DNA of 64,000 nt from an uncultured Alphaproteobacteria bacterium (GCA_963819345.1 CAWFVX010000013.1:22852-86851), one strand, 5' to 3'; counted from the first letter of the stretch, positions 29,107-41,504 are shown. Numbers and translations: made by a program. Notes: generated by a model from the sequence alone, not told the origin.

Positions 29107-30821
29107 GTGCTGACCGCGCTATCGATTTGCGATGTCGTGCTGATAGAGCGGCTCGATCTGGCGTTCGAACAAGGTCTGACAGTGCTGACCGGCGAGACCG
29201 GTGCCGGCAAGTCGATTCTGCTCGACAGTCTCGGCCTTGCGCTCGGGGCGCGTGCGGAAACGGGCCTGGTCCGAGTGTCCGCGGAACATGCGAGTGTGAC
29301 TGCTTGCTTTTCGCCGCCTGACCGTCCCGCCTTGGCTGCCATGCTCGAACTGCACGGGTTGGCTGCGGACGAGGAGATCGTGCTGCGCCGCGTCGTGATG
29401 CGGGACGGCCGCTCACGCGCCTTCGTCAATGATCATCCGGTCGGTGTCGGCCTATTACGGCGGGTCGGGGCGTTGCTGGTGGAGGTGCAAGGCCAGCACG
29501 AGCAATTGAGTTTGGCTGATGCCACCAGTCACACCGGCCTGTTGGATGCGTTCGGGGTGGAACCGGCGTTACGGATCGCGGTGTCCGAGGCGTGGCACGC
29601 GTGGCGGGAAGCGCTGCGCCGGCTGGAACACGCGCGCGCGGCCATCGCCGCTGCCGAACGCGACGAGGAATGGCTGCGGCACGCGGTCGAGGAGCTTGCC
29701 ACCCTGGCGCCGCGAATTGATGAAGAAGACTCCCTGGCGCGCGAACGTCAGCGGCTGCAGCAGAGCGAACGGCGTGCGGAGGCAATTGCCGCCGCTCTGG
29801 CGGAGCTGACACCACGTGATCGGCGCAACGCCGGGCCGGCGGCCTCGTTGCGCGCGGCATCGCGATCGCTGCAACGCCTGGCGCCCTCGGGTCAGCCTGA
29901 GGTGACAGGCGAGAACCCGGCTGATCCGGCGCTCGCTGCGCTGGAGCGAGCGGAGGAGGCGCTGGCCGAAGCGGAAACGCTGTTGACGCGCCTCATCGCC
30001 GATGCGGATGTCGATCCGCGTCTGCTGGAACAGTCGGAGGAGCGGCTGTTCGCGCTGCGAGCCTCAGCCCGCAAGCATGGTGTCGCGGTTCCGGATCTGC
30101 CAGAATTGCTCGATACATTGGCCGCTCGATTGGCGGCGCTGGAGACCGGCGCGGCCGAGATCACGGCGCTGGAACAGGCGGCACGGGATGCCAAAGACCG
30201 ATACGTGGCCGCGGCTACGGCGCTTTCGGGTGCGCGAACCGCGGCCGCCGGGAAACTACAGAAAGCGGTGGGCAAGGAGTTGCCGCCGCTGCGTCTGGAC
30301 AAGGCTCGTTTCTTCGCCGAATTGAGTCCGCTGCCGGAGTTTGGGTGGGGTCCGAACGGCGCGGATCAGGTGCGCTTCCTGATCGCCACCAACCCGGGCC
30401 AGGAACCTGGACCGTTGGCACGCGTTGCTTCGGGCGGCGAGTTGTCGCGGTTGATGCTGGCGATGAAAGTGGTGTTGTCGGCGGGTTCCGATGTCTCAAC
30501 ACTGGTGTTCGACGAAGTCGACTCCGGGATCGGCGGTGCGACTGCTGCCGCGGTTGGCGAGCGATTGGTCCGTGTCGCCGAGGGTTTGCAAGTGCTGGTC
30601 GTGACGCATAGCCCACAGGTCGCCGCTCGCGGAGCCTGGCATTTTCGGGTCGCGAAGGCAGCATCCCGCGATCGGACAGCGACAACCGTGGATCAATTGG
30701 CGCCGCACGCCCGGCGCGAGGAAATCGCGCGAATGCTGGCCGGAGAGATCGTTTCTGACGCGGCACGTGCGGCGGCGGATGATCTGCTACGTGGCCAGAG
30801 GCCGCCGCAGGGATTGCTGGT

Positions 30822-30825
<4 letters not shown>
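29107..30825 (+). CDS. recN: DNA repair protein RecN
   Basis: Walker [17 protein letters not shown], long coiled-coil middle, signature [12 protein letters not shown], Walker [13 protein letters not shown]; ATGA overlap with ligA. Confidence 0.9.
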
Positions 30826-32913
<2,088 letters not shown>

Positions 32914-32961
32914 CAACAGCTGCTCGTGTCTGGTCAAAGGTGATTCGTCAGATCCTTGCCC

Positions 32962-33441
32962 TCAGCGCTGGCGCGCTGATGCGGTGCCTGCCTTCACCAT
33001 GGCTGCCCTGACGTTATCAGGATTGGTAAAGGTGAGATATTCTCTCGCGTACTCGGGTGGCAGAATCTCAACCATCGTCTCGTTCTCGACCCAGACCTCG
33101 ATCACATGGAACGGGCCGCGATTGCAATCATAGCAGTGCCACCCCGCGTGCCGGGCGATCGTCTGCACAGTATCGGCGTCAGTCGAGACGCTGAGCGCAA
33201 AGTGTGTCGAGCCATAGCCACGTGCGTCCGCCTTCACGAAGCTGCCACCCACCTCCCCGCCAGGCTGAAGCTCTGTTCCCGCCGGATAGACCTCAACCCC
33301 CGACCCATGTTCGTCGAGTTGCAGCGCAAAGAAACTGCCCGGATTGGGCGGGAAAGGTACCGCGGTTCCGCCCATGAGCTCAGCAAGCACCCCAGCGGCG
33401 TGCTTCGGGTCTCGCGCGGCAATCGAAAGATGATGGATCAC
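32962..33441 (-). CDS. VOC/glyoxalase-family protein
   Basis: Track ORF trimmed to GTG 33441, preceded by GAGGAAG; IHHLSIAARDP start and a paired beta-alpha-beta-beta-beta-like pattern. Confidence 0.55.
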   Translation of the reverse strand: MIHHLSIAARDPKHAAGVLAELMGGTAVPFPPNPGSFFALQLDEHGSGVEVYPAGTELQPGGEVGGSFVKADARGYGSTHFALSVSTDADTVQTIARHAGWHCYDCNRGPFHVIEVWVENETMVEILPPEYAREYLTFTNPDNVRAAMVKAGTASARQR

Positions 33442-33787
33442 GGCTTCCTCACGAGTTCGGTTTCTGTATAGATAGCACGAACGCAACTGCCGCTCCAGCG
33501 GGCCCGAAGTGCCGTGATCACGTCTCGGACGCCAATTGGCCGCAAAGGCTTGCGATTCTTGCCCTCTGGCAAGCGCGATGAGCGAGCAGCCGCTTGGTGC
33601 AGTTGCGCCGTCGAAAGTTGTCGACCGTGCTGAGAACGGGGTGAAACGGTTGGCCTATCGACCACACCCGGCGCTTGGGATAAGCTTGGCTAGCCGAACC
33701 CCGATCCAGCGTGATTCCAAGAAAATCCTCGTCTGGTCGTGACCATCCGGCCACCGCAGCGGTCCTCGGCAGCTCATGGGGGAAGGT

Positions 33788-34519
33788 ATGTTCGTCGGGA
33801 CGCGGACCAGACATGCTGGTTTTTTCCACACCGTCCTGGTCATCCTCCTGGCAACATGCCCCTTCCTGCCGGCCCATGCACAGCCGACCGAGCAAGCGCC
33901 CGATACGATGGAGGCGCGGCTGCTTGCCTGCGCTGCCTGTCACGGCAAGCAGGGCCAGGGGGTCGAGAGTGGCTATTTCCCGCGTCTCGCGGGAAAGCCC
34001 GCTGGTTATCTGATGAACCAGCTTGTCGCGTTCCGCGATGGCCGCAGACGCTATCCGCCGATGAACTATCTGCTGGAATACCTCCCGGACGCGTATCTGC
34101 AGAAAATGGCTGACTATTTCGCTGCGCTGCGCCCACCGCCGCTGGCGCTGTCGGTGGCCGACGTCAGCCAGACTCTGCTGGAACAGGGCCGCAGCATCGT
34201 CACTGCGGGCGACCCGCAGCGCGGCGTGCCAGCCTGCCAGCGCTGCCACGGCCCGGCGCTGACCGGCATGGAGCCGGGCATCCCCGGCCTTGCCGGCCTG
34301 CATGCAACCTACATCAGTGCTCAGCTTGGCGCCTGGCGTTACGGCACCCGCACGGCAAAGGTGCCGGACTGCATGCAATTCATCGCTGCGAGCCTGACCG
34401 AACGCGATGTCGCCGCCGTCGCGGCCTGGCTCGCGTCACAGCCGATCCCCCCCGATCCGTCCCCGGCGCCGAAGGGCACTCTGCCAATGCCGCTCACGTG
34501 CGGCAGCGAACCACCGTAA
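33788..34519 (+). CDS. Dihaem cytochrome c (c4-like)
   Basis: Two CXXCH motifs (CAACHG, CQRCHG); signal peptide; ATG 33788 follows GGGGGAAGG. Confidence 0.8.
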   Translation: MFVGTRTRHAGFFHTVLVILLATCPFLPAHAQPTEQAPDTMEARLLACAACHGKQGQGVESGYFPRLAGKPAGYLMNQLVAFRDGRRRYPPMNYLLEYLPDAYLQKMADYFAALRPPPLALSVADVSQTLLEQGRSIVTAGDPQRGVPACQRCHGPALTGMEPGIPGLAGLHATYISAQLGAWRYGTRTAKVPDCMQFIAASLTERDVAAVAAWLASQPIPPDPSPAPKGTLPMPLTCGSEPP

Positions 34520-34529
34520 AGGAGGTGTG

Positions 34530-35758
34530 ATGCGGGTCCTGATGACGCTCCTCCTGCTCGGTACTAGCGCCCGTCACGGCGTGGGCCGACGATTCGGCGC
34601 TGATCGCGCGCGGCGAATATCTTGCTCGCGCCGGCGACTGCATTGCCTGCCATACCAATCCGGGTGGCGCGCTATTCGCCGGCGGCCTGCCCATGCCGAC
34701 GCCGTTCGGCACGATCTATTCATCAAACATCACGCCCGATCCCGCGACCGGCATCGGCAAGTGGAGCGCTGACGACTTTTACGGCGCCGTGCATTTCGGC
34801 CGCTTTCCCGACGGTGGATTGATCTACCCGGCGATGCCGTTCGGGTCCTACACCAAGGTCACGCGCGCGGATTCCGACGCAGTCTTCGCTTATCTGCGGT
34901 CCGTGACGCCCGTGCATCAAGCGAATCGAGAGCACGACCTGCGGTTTCCCTACAACAACCGCGCGCTTATCCTCGGTTGGCGTACGTTGTTCTTCACCGA
35001 GGGCGAGTACAAGACAGATCCGGCCAAATCAGATGAGTGGAACCGGGGAGCCTACCTTGTACAGGGCCTTGGCCACTGCGCGATGTGTCACTCACCGATC
35101 AACATGCTCGGCGGCAGCTCTGAAATCGAAGGCGTTCGAGGGTGGCCTGATCCCAATGCAGAATTGGTACGCTCCCTCTTTGACATCGAACAAGGAGGCA
35201 GGGCTGGGCGAATGGAGCATCGAGGAAATCACTCAGCTTTTGCGCACCGGGGTATCGAACCGCGGCGCGGTGTACGGGCCGATGGCGGAAGTCACCTTTC
35301 ATAGCCTGCAGTACCTCGACGACACCGATGTGAAAGCGATGGCGGTCTATCTGAAGGGACTCGGCCAGGGCTCGCCGCTTACACTGGCACTATCGGGCGT
35401 GCCGTCGACGGAAAGCAGTCTACTGTTGGCGTTTGGACAGACGGTTTACACAACCCATTGCGCCGTTTGCCACGCCGCTGACGGCCGCGGGATGCCGCCG
35501 GAATATCCGCCACTGGCAGGTAATCCCTCGATCCAAATGGAGTCAGCGGTGAACCCGATCCGCATGGTGCTGAACGGCGGCTTCCCGCCCGGGACCGAGG
35601 GAAACCCCACTCCCTATGGTATGCCGCCATTCGCCCAGAGCCTGTCGGATGACGAGGTGGCAGGAGTCGTGACCTATATCCGAGCGGCCTGGGGCAACCG
35701 GGGACCGGCGGTGTCTGCGCGCCAGGCCAATGAATTGCGCCTGGCACCGGTGGAGTGA
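34530..35758 (+). pseudogene. Trihaem cytochrome c (dehydrogenase cytochrome-subunit type), read in three frames
   Basis: ATG 34530 after AAGGAGG; signal MRVLMTLLLL, then ..VLAPVTAWADDSALIARGEYLARAGDCIACH in the next frame (junction at ggtac, 34560-34564); second haem CAMCH; junction near 35113 to ..ALKSKAFEGGLIPMQNWYAPSL; third haem CAVCH. Confidence 0.75.
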
Positions 35759-35765
35759 TGTGGCG

Positions 35766-35954
35766 ATGATCAATTCCGACCCCGCCACTGGCGATCCCGA
35801 GACCGGCGCACCAACCGACAAGGTGGTGATGCCCATCCTGCGCACGGGCGCCCCAGGCGCCATTGTGCTGGCCGGCATCGCCACCGCTATCGTCGTGGCG
35901 ATCTGGTTCGCGTTCTACCTCTTGGTATTTGTGCCTCGAGCAGCAATGCCATGA
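35766..35954 (+). CDS. Small single-TM protein (possible oxidase subunit IIa-like)
   Basis: 63-aa ORF with one TM helix AIVLAGIATAIVVAIWFAFYLLVF; ATGA overlap with the subunit II gene. Confidence 0.45.
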   Translation: MINSDPATGDPETGAPTDKVVMPILRTGAPGAIVLAGIATAIVVAIWFAFYLLVFVPRAAMP

Positions 35955-36520
35955 GCCAACCTCCATCTTCGCCGCATGATGACACTGTCGGCCGGGTCGA
36001 ACAGATTGAGCGGCGCTGGGCAGCAGTTGCCGTTGTCGTCATTGTGGTGTTCGTGGTCGTGGCGACCCTCGCTGGCGTGCATCATTCATCGCTGCCACAG
36101 CCCCGCGTCGAGACGGCTGACCCACGCACGCTACATCTGACCGGAGAATTCATCGAGAGCAATCTCGGCAGCGCGCTCGAAGCGGATGGGTCCGTCACCG
36201 TCCGAGCAGTTGGTCAGCAGTATTCGTTCACGCCGCCCTGCGTTGTTGTTCCCGCCGGCATGCCGGTCACGTTCCGCGCTACCAGCGCTGATGTCGTGCA
36301 CGGGTTTCTGATCGACCAGACGAACATAAATCTCATGCTGGTGCCAGGCTATATCTCGGTTTTCACCACCCGCTTCGGTGCCCCCGGCGAGCGGCATATG
36401 CCGTGCCACGAATTCTGCGGCACCGGCCACGAGGGGATGTGGGGACAGATCAAGATCGTCGACAAGGCGGCCTTCACGCAGATGGCGGCTGACCGGCGGA
36501 GGGTAACCTGTGTCCAGTAA
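35951..36520 (+). CDS. Cytochrome c oxidase subunit II, B-family (ba3-like), CuA centre
   Basis: One N-terminal TM helix; CuA ligands VVHGF ... CHEFCGTGHEGM; no fused cytochrome c domain. Confidence 0.85.
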   Translation: MSQPPSSPHDDTVGRVEQIERRWAAVAVVVIVVFVVVATLAGVHHSSLPQPRVETADPRTLHLTGEFIESNLGSALEADGSVTVRAVGQQYSFTPPCVVVPAGMPVTFRATSADVVHGFLIDQTNINLMLVPGYISVFTTRFGAPGERHMPCHEFCGTGHEGMWGQIKIVDKAAFTQMAADRRRVTCVQ

Positions 36521-38135
36521 TCCGCGATTAATCCTTGCCCATTTCTGGCTGGCCTTCATCGGCTTCGGCGGGGCGCTGTTGCTCGGCGCTTGGCAGATGT
36601 TCGTCCGCAGCCCGTTGGCGGGCTGGATCAGCAATCCGGAATGGTACTACCGCTCCGTCACTGCTCACGGCACGACGATGGCATATGTGATGCCGACCCT
36701 GGTCGCGATGGGCTTCGGCTATTTTGTGACCGAGGCGGCTCTGAAGCGCCCCCTGATCGGGCTGTATTGGGCGTGGCTGGGATTTGCGCTGGTCGCGATA
36801 GGCACGGCCATGGCGGTTGTCCCGGTCGCCATGGGGCGTGCCTCGGTGCTCTACACATTCTATCCGCCGCTCGTCGGCGACCCATTCTACTATCTGGGCG
36901 TCGTGCTGGTCGTCGTTGGCTCGTGGATCTGGGTCACACTGATGTCGGCGAACCTTTACTACTGGAAGCGAGACAATCCCGGCGCGCCGGTTCCGCTTGC
37001 AATGTTCGCGACGGTCGCGGGTTCCTATCTCTGGGGCTGGACCGCAGTCGGCGCGGCGTTGGAACTGTTGTTTCAGATCCTGCCCGTGGCGTTGGGCCTG
37101 CGAGCGACGATCGACGCTGGTCTCGCCCGTGTCTTCTTTTCCTGGACGCTGCACGCGATTGTCTATTTCTGGCTGATGCCGGCATACATTGCGTACTACA
37201 CGATCGTGCCGCGGGCGATCGGCGGGCGGCTGTACAGCGATACGATGGGCCGGCTTGCCTTCATCCTGTTTTTGGTCGTGGCGATGCCGATCGGCATTCA
37301 CCACCTGTTCGAGGACCCGCAGGTCGGCTCCGGCTTCAAGTTTCTCCACTCGGTGTTTACCGCACTCGTCACCGTGCCGACACTGCTGACGGTATTTACT
37401 ATCTGCGCGTCGGTTGAAATCGCCGGACGGCTGCGCGGCGGCAAGGGCGCGCTGGGTTGGATCGCCGTGCTGCCCTGGCACAACCCGGTGATGCTTGGCG
37501 CGGCGCTGTCCTTCGTCATGCTGGGCTTCGGCGGGGCCGGCGGCCTGATCAACATGAGCTATCAGCTCAATAGCACGATCCACAATACGCAGTGGGTGAC
37601 CGGGCATTTTCACCTAATCTTCGGTGGCGCCATCGTCATAATGTATTTCGTGATCGCCTACGATGTCTGGCCGCATCTGACCGGGCGGGCATTGGATGAT
37701 TTCCGGCTGATGCGGTGGCAGCTATGGACGTGGTTCGTCGGCATGATCGTGCTGACGTTCCCATGGCACTATGTCGGTATCCTGGGCATGCCACGCCGCA
37801 TGGCGTTCTATGACTACACCGATCCGGTCATTGCGGCGCAGGCAGCCTCGGTCGTGATGTCGGTGGTCGGTGGCCTGATCCTGGTGGTTTCCGGCACGCT
37901 GTTCCTGCTGGTGCTGGCACGTGGTCAGTGGGCGCCACGGAACCAGCCTGGCGCCTACCGCTTCAGCGTGGCGACTCACCCACCGCGCACGCTGCCCGCT
38001 GCCCTGAACGGCCTTGGGCTATGGGTCGGGCTGATGCTCGCACTGACGATTGTGAATTACGGCTTCCCGATAGCCCATGTGCTGGCGATCCCTGGCACGG
38101 CCGTGCCCGCCGTCCCTGTCGGCTCAGCGCGATGA
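36510..38135 (+). CDS. Cytochrome c oxidase subunit I, B-family (ba3-like)
   Basis: 541-aa polytopic ORF; GTG start overlaps the subunit II end; haem/CuB His-containing helices (WTLHAIVYFWLMPAY, GIHHLF, VTGHFHLIFGG). Confidence 0.88.
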   Translation: MSSNPRLILAHFWLAFIGFGGALLLGAWQMFVRSPLAGWISNPEWYYRSVTAHGTTMAYVMPTLVAMGFGYFVTEAALKRPLIGLYWAWLGFALVAIGTAMAVVPVAMGRASVLYTFYPPLVGDPFYYLGVVLVVVGSWIWVTLMSANLYYWKRDNPGAPVPLAMFATVAGSYLWGWTAVGAALELLFQILPVALGLRATIDAGLARVFFSWTLHAIVYFWLMPAYIAYYTIVPRAIGGRLYSDTMGRLAFILFLVVAMPIGIHHLFEDPQVGSGFKFLHSVFTALVTVPTLLTVFTICASVEIAGRLRGGKGALGWIAVLPWHNPVMLGAALSFVMLGFGGAGGLINMSYQLNSTIHNTQWVTGHFHLIFGGAIVIMYFVIAYDVWPHLTGRALDDFRLMRWQLWTWFVGMIVLTFPWHYVGILGMPRRMAFYDYTDPVIAAQAASVVMSVVGGLILVVSGTLFLLVLARGQWAPRNQPGAYRFSVATHPPRTLPAALNGLGLWVGLMLALTIVNYGFPIAHVLAIPGTAVPAVPVGSAR

Positions 38136-38905
38136 GCGGCAAGCGCACTGACATCTGGCTTGCCTGCAGCATCGGGATGACCGCCGCGGTTGCCATTGGC
38201 GCTTTCGCCATCGGCTTCGTCTGGCTGCCACTAGCCGACACGACCGCCCGTCTTCATGGGGCCTGGAACGCGATCTGCGTCGCCGCTGGGCTGGTGCAGA
38301 CGGCGCCCGACCTCCAGCCGATTCAAACCGCCACCTATCCGGTGACGCGGGTCGAGGTATCGCCCCAGATGCTGCAACAAGCGAGTGCGGACTCAGTCGG
38401 AAGCGGTGCGACGCTCGCATTGCGCTGCACGATGTGCCACGGGCCGCGTGGGCTCAGTTTGGCCGAGGCGCCGAACCTGGCCGGCCAGTATGCGGTAGCG
38501 ATTTACAAGGAGCTCATGGATTTCAAGACGGGAGCGCGGCCGAGCTCGGTGATGCAGCCGCTGGCCGCGGACCTGACCGACGCTGATATACGCGACCTTG
38601 CCGCGTACTACGCCTACTTGCCACGCCCGTCGGGTCCCGATTCGAGCGAACCGCCCGCGATCGTCGCCAGCGGCGCGCCGATGCGCGGTATCGCCCCGTG
38701 CGGCGCGTGCCACGGCACCGTCGGCACCAAAGCGGGTGCGACCTGGCTCGGCGGACAGCCGGCGGCATATCTGCATGCTCAGCTGGTGGGGTTCGCCTCG
38801 GAGACGCGGCGGAACGATATCGATGCCGTCATGCGCAACATCGCCCGCCGGATGACGCCAGACGAAATCGAGGCAGCAAGCCGGTATTATGAGGCGCACC
38901 CATAG
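38132..38905 (+). CDS. Membrane-anchored dihaem cytochrome c
   Basis: ATG 38132 overlaps the coxI stop; N-terminal TM anchor; CTMCHG and CGACHG motifs. Confidence 0.8.
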   Translation: MSGKRTDIWLACSIGMTAAVAIGAFAIGFVWLPLADTTARLHGAWNAICVAAGLVQTAPDLQPIQTATYPVTRVEVSPQMLQQASADSVGSGATLALRCTMCHGPRGLSLAEAPNLAGQYAVAIYKELMDFKTGARPSSVMQPLAADLTDADIRDLAAYYAYLPRPSGPDSSEPPAIVASGAPMRGIAPCGACHGTVGTKAGATWLGGQPAAYLHAQLVGFASETRRNDIDAVMRNIARRMTPDEIEAASRYYEAHP

Positions 38906-39164
38906 CGGCTCAAGTCAACCTAAAAGTATTAGCATCAACGTCTCAGCCATAGCGCTTTCCATCTGATGTATTGGCACGATAAGTTTGCCAGGATACTGTG
39001 TGCCAGGCAGCATCTACCCAAAACACTCAGTGATCGGTACGCTGCTGCTGTCGCCGAGTATTCTGATTTAATGACTTCCCATGGGACGCCGTATGTCATG
39101 CCGCGATCCGGCCGAGCGCTTTAGGCGGCAGCTTGGTTGCGGGGCGGCTCGAGTGAGCATAGGG

Positions 39165-39180
39165 TTGACGTATTGGTTAA
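39165..39180. promoter_or_regulatory. Candidate MerR/LiuR-type operator upstream of fadD
   Basis: TTGACGTATTGGTTAA; it differs at two positions (one in the central spacer, one in the right arm) from the dyad at 40996-41011; located 180 nt upstream of the fadD start in a lower-GC spacer. Confidence 0.35.
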
Positions 39181-39358
39181 TTGAAAAACGTTTGGGTCAA
39201 TGGCATGGTCCGAACGGTCTATAGCCGCGACGAGACAAACGCGATTTGGACGGTCGCGAGGCCGCGATATCCTTTGTTAGGACCGTCGCGATTTCCTCGT
39301 GGTTCGGACGCAGCCTACTCGGCCCGGATGGGGCCCGTTGTTGCTGCTGGAGGAAAAG

Positions 39359-40990
39359 ATGGATACGCCTTTGCCCAAACCACTGCACATGCTGCCCGTT
39401 CCGACACTTTTTGATCGTGCCGCGGCTGCGTTTACGGACCGGCCGGCACTGTCATTCCAAGGCCGGCGTTGGATGTATGGCGAGCTCGCGGCCATGGTCG
39501 ATCGCGCAACGGCGGGACTTCAGCGCCTGGGAGTCCAGCGCGGCGACAAGCTAGGCTTGTGTCTGCCTAACACACCCTATTTCGTCGTTTTCTATTACGC
39601 GGCCCTTAAAGCCGGCGCCGTCGTGGTCAATTACAACCCACTCTACGTAACGCGCGAACTGCGGCACCAGATAGAGGACTCCGGCACCACCACAATGGTG
39701 GTTCCCGACCTCGCCGCGATCTATGACAAGGTCGCCGCGATCGAAAGTTTACGACGCATCATCTTGTGCCCGTTTGCCGACGTGCTGCCTACAGTAAAGG
39801 GTATCGCTTTCTCTATACTGAAGCGAAAAATGCTCGCCCGTCCCGTCTACGGCGAGCGCATCATTCCCTACAACCAAATCGTCGCCTCACGCGCTCCACC
39901 GGATCCGGTGCCGATCAATCCCTCGGACGTGGCGGTGCTGCAATATACCGGCGGAACAACTGGCCGCCCCAAGGGCGCTATCCTGACGCACGCCAACCTG
40001 TCGATCAACGCACAGCAGACCACGCACCACATGCCCAGTATGCGGCCCGGTCAAGAAAAGATGGTCGCTGTATTGCCCTTCTTCCATGTCTTCGCAATGA
40101 CGTCGATCCTAAACGGCGGCCTCAGCGTGGGCTGCGAGCTGATCCTGCACCCGAGGTTCGAGATCGACAGCATGATGAGGTCGCTGGTCCGCGACAAGCC
40201 GACCATCATGCATGCCGTGCCAACAATCTACAACGCAATCGCCACGGCGGCGGAACGGAAGCATGTCGACCTCTCCAGCCTGCGGGTCTGCGTCTCCGGC
40301 GGCGCGCCGCTGCCGGCTGAGATCCGCGAACGTTTTCAAAAACTAACCGGCTGCCGGATTATCGAGGGCTACGGCCTGACCGAGGCCTCCCCCGCGGTGA
40401 CCTCGAATCCCCCGGATGGCATTATCCGGCCAGATTCAGTGGGGATTGCGCTGCAGGGGACGGTAGTCGAGATCCGGTCGCTTGACGACATCAACCGCAT
40501 TCTGCCGGCCGGCGAGCGCGGTGAGATATGTATTCGAGGCCCTCAGGTCATGAAGGGCTACCTGAACCGGGGGCAGGAGACCCGGGATGCATTCATCGAC
40601 GGCGCGCTACGCTCGGGCGATGTCGGTTATCTGGATGCGGACGGGTATCTGTTCGTTACCGACCGGATCAAGGATCTGATCATCTGCAGCGGCCACAACG
40701 TCTATCCGCGGGTGATCGAGGACGCACTGTACGAACACCCGGCGGTCGCCGAAGCAATCGTCACTGGTGTCCCGGACTCCTATCGCGGTCAGGCGCCGGT
40801 GGCGTTCGTCACACTGCGCGCCGGTGAATTCCGAACCGGGGACGAACTCCGAGACTTCCTGCGTGACAAGATTTCCCCGATCGAAATGCCCGTGCGCGTG
40901 GAGATCAGAACTAGTCTGCCCAAGACGATGATCGGCAAGCTGTCCCGCAAGGAGCTGATCGAAGAGGCCATCGCGACGAGTTCGGCGTGA
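39359..40990 (+). CDS. fadD: Long-chain fatty-acid--CoA ligase (AMP-binding enzyme)
   Basis: AMP-binding signature LQYTGGTTGRPKGA, GYGLTE, and TGDVGYLDADGYLFVTDRIKD-like block; ATG 39359 after GGAGGAAAAG. Confidence 0.88.
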   Translation: MDTPLPKPLHMLPVPTLFDRAAAAFTDRPALSFQGRRWMYGELAAMVDRATAGLQRLGVQRGDKLGLCLPNTPYFVVFYYAALKAGAVVVNYNPLYVTRELRHQIEDSGTTTMVVPDLAAIYDKVAAIESLRRIILCPFADVLPTVKGIAFSILKRKMLARPVYGERIIPYNQIVASRAPPDPVPINPSDVAVLQYTGGTTGRPKGAILTHANLSINAQQTTHHMPSMRPGQEKMVAVLPFFHVFAMTSILNGGLSVGCELILHPRFEIDSMMRSLVRDKPTIMHAVPTIYNAIATAAERKHVDLSSLRVCVSGGAPLPAEIRERFQKLTGCRIIEGYGLTEASPAVTSNPPDGIIRPDSVGIALQGTVVEIRSLDDINRILPAGERGEICIRGPQVMKGYLNRGQETRDAFIDGALRSGDVGYLDADGYLFVTDRIKDLIICSGHNVYPRVIEDALYEHPAVAEAIVTGVPDSYRGQAPVAFVTLRAGEFRTGDELRDFLRDKISPIEMPVRVEIRTSLPKTMIGKLSRKELIEEAIATSSA

Positions 40991-40995
40991 GGTGA

Positions 40996-41011
40996 TTGAC
41001 GTATAGGTCAA
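40996..41011. promoter_or_regulatory. Candidate MerR/LiuR-type operator (dyad TTGAC-N6-GTCAA)
   Basis: TTGACGTATAGGTCAA, 21 nt upstream of the MerR-family gene start; near-identical copy at 39165. Confidence 0.45.
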
Positions 41012-41031
41012 GCTGCGGTATCGGACGGCGG

Positions 41032-41442
41032 ATGACGCGAGGGCAGCTCTACACCGTGACGGAACTAGCGAAGGAGCTGGGGATGACCGCGCGCGCCGTC
41101 CGGTTTTACGAGGACAAAGGTCTGATAACGCCGCAGCGGGCGGGCACCACGCGGGTCTATTCGGCGCGCGATCGTGCCCGCATGATCTTGATCCTGCGTG
41201 GCAAGCGGCTGGGTTTCGCATTGAGTGAGATCAAGGACTATCTCGATCTATACGACGCCGATGTCACTCAGCACGCGCAACTCCGCGTACTCTTGGCCGC
41301 GGTGGCAAAGCGACGAGTCCAGCTTCGGGCGCAACGCCAGGCAATCGACGAGGCACTGGCCGAATTGGCCGACATCGCCGCGCAGTCCGAGGCGGCGCTC
41401 AAAGTCCCCGCCGCGCGCGTCAAACGCGCCGTGAGCGGCTAA
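41032..41442 (+). CDS. MerR-family transcriptional regulator (LiuR-like)
   Basis: HTH YTVTELAKELGMTARAVRFYEDKGLI; embedded in an acyl-CoA catabolic cluster. Confidence 0.8.
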   Translation: MTRGQLYTVTELAKELGMTARAVRFYEDKGLITPQRAGTTRVYSARDRARMILILRGKRLGFALSEIKDYLDLYDADVTQHAQLRVLLAAVAKRRVQLRAQRQAIDEALAELADIAAQSEAALKVPAARVKRAVSG

Positions 41443-41504
41443 GCATCTGACCTTGCTCGCAAAGCGATTGGATGCGACAGCGTTCGGCTAACAGGGAGAC
41501 AACA

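Noticed and set aside
33518-34378. 286-aa antisense ORF opposite the dihaem cytochrome c gene
   Set aside because: It is a shadow ORF. The sense strand has a signal peptide plus two CXXCH motifs.
36528-37613. 361-aa antisense ORF and a 275-aa out-of-frame sense ORF inside coxI
   Set aside because: Their composition is highly basic and Arg-rich. The subunit I frame shows continuous TM helices with conserved His ligands.
39181-39554. Short ORFs (63-102 aa) in the AT-shifted spacer upstream of fadD
   Set aside because: They overlap each other and the fadD leader, and they lack ribosome-binding sites and motifs. The spacer is more plausibly regulatory.
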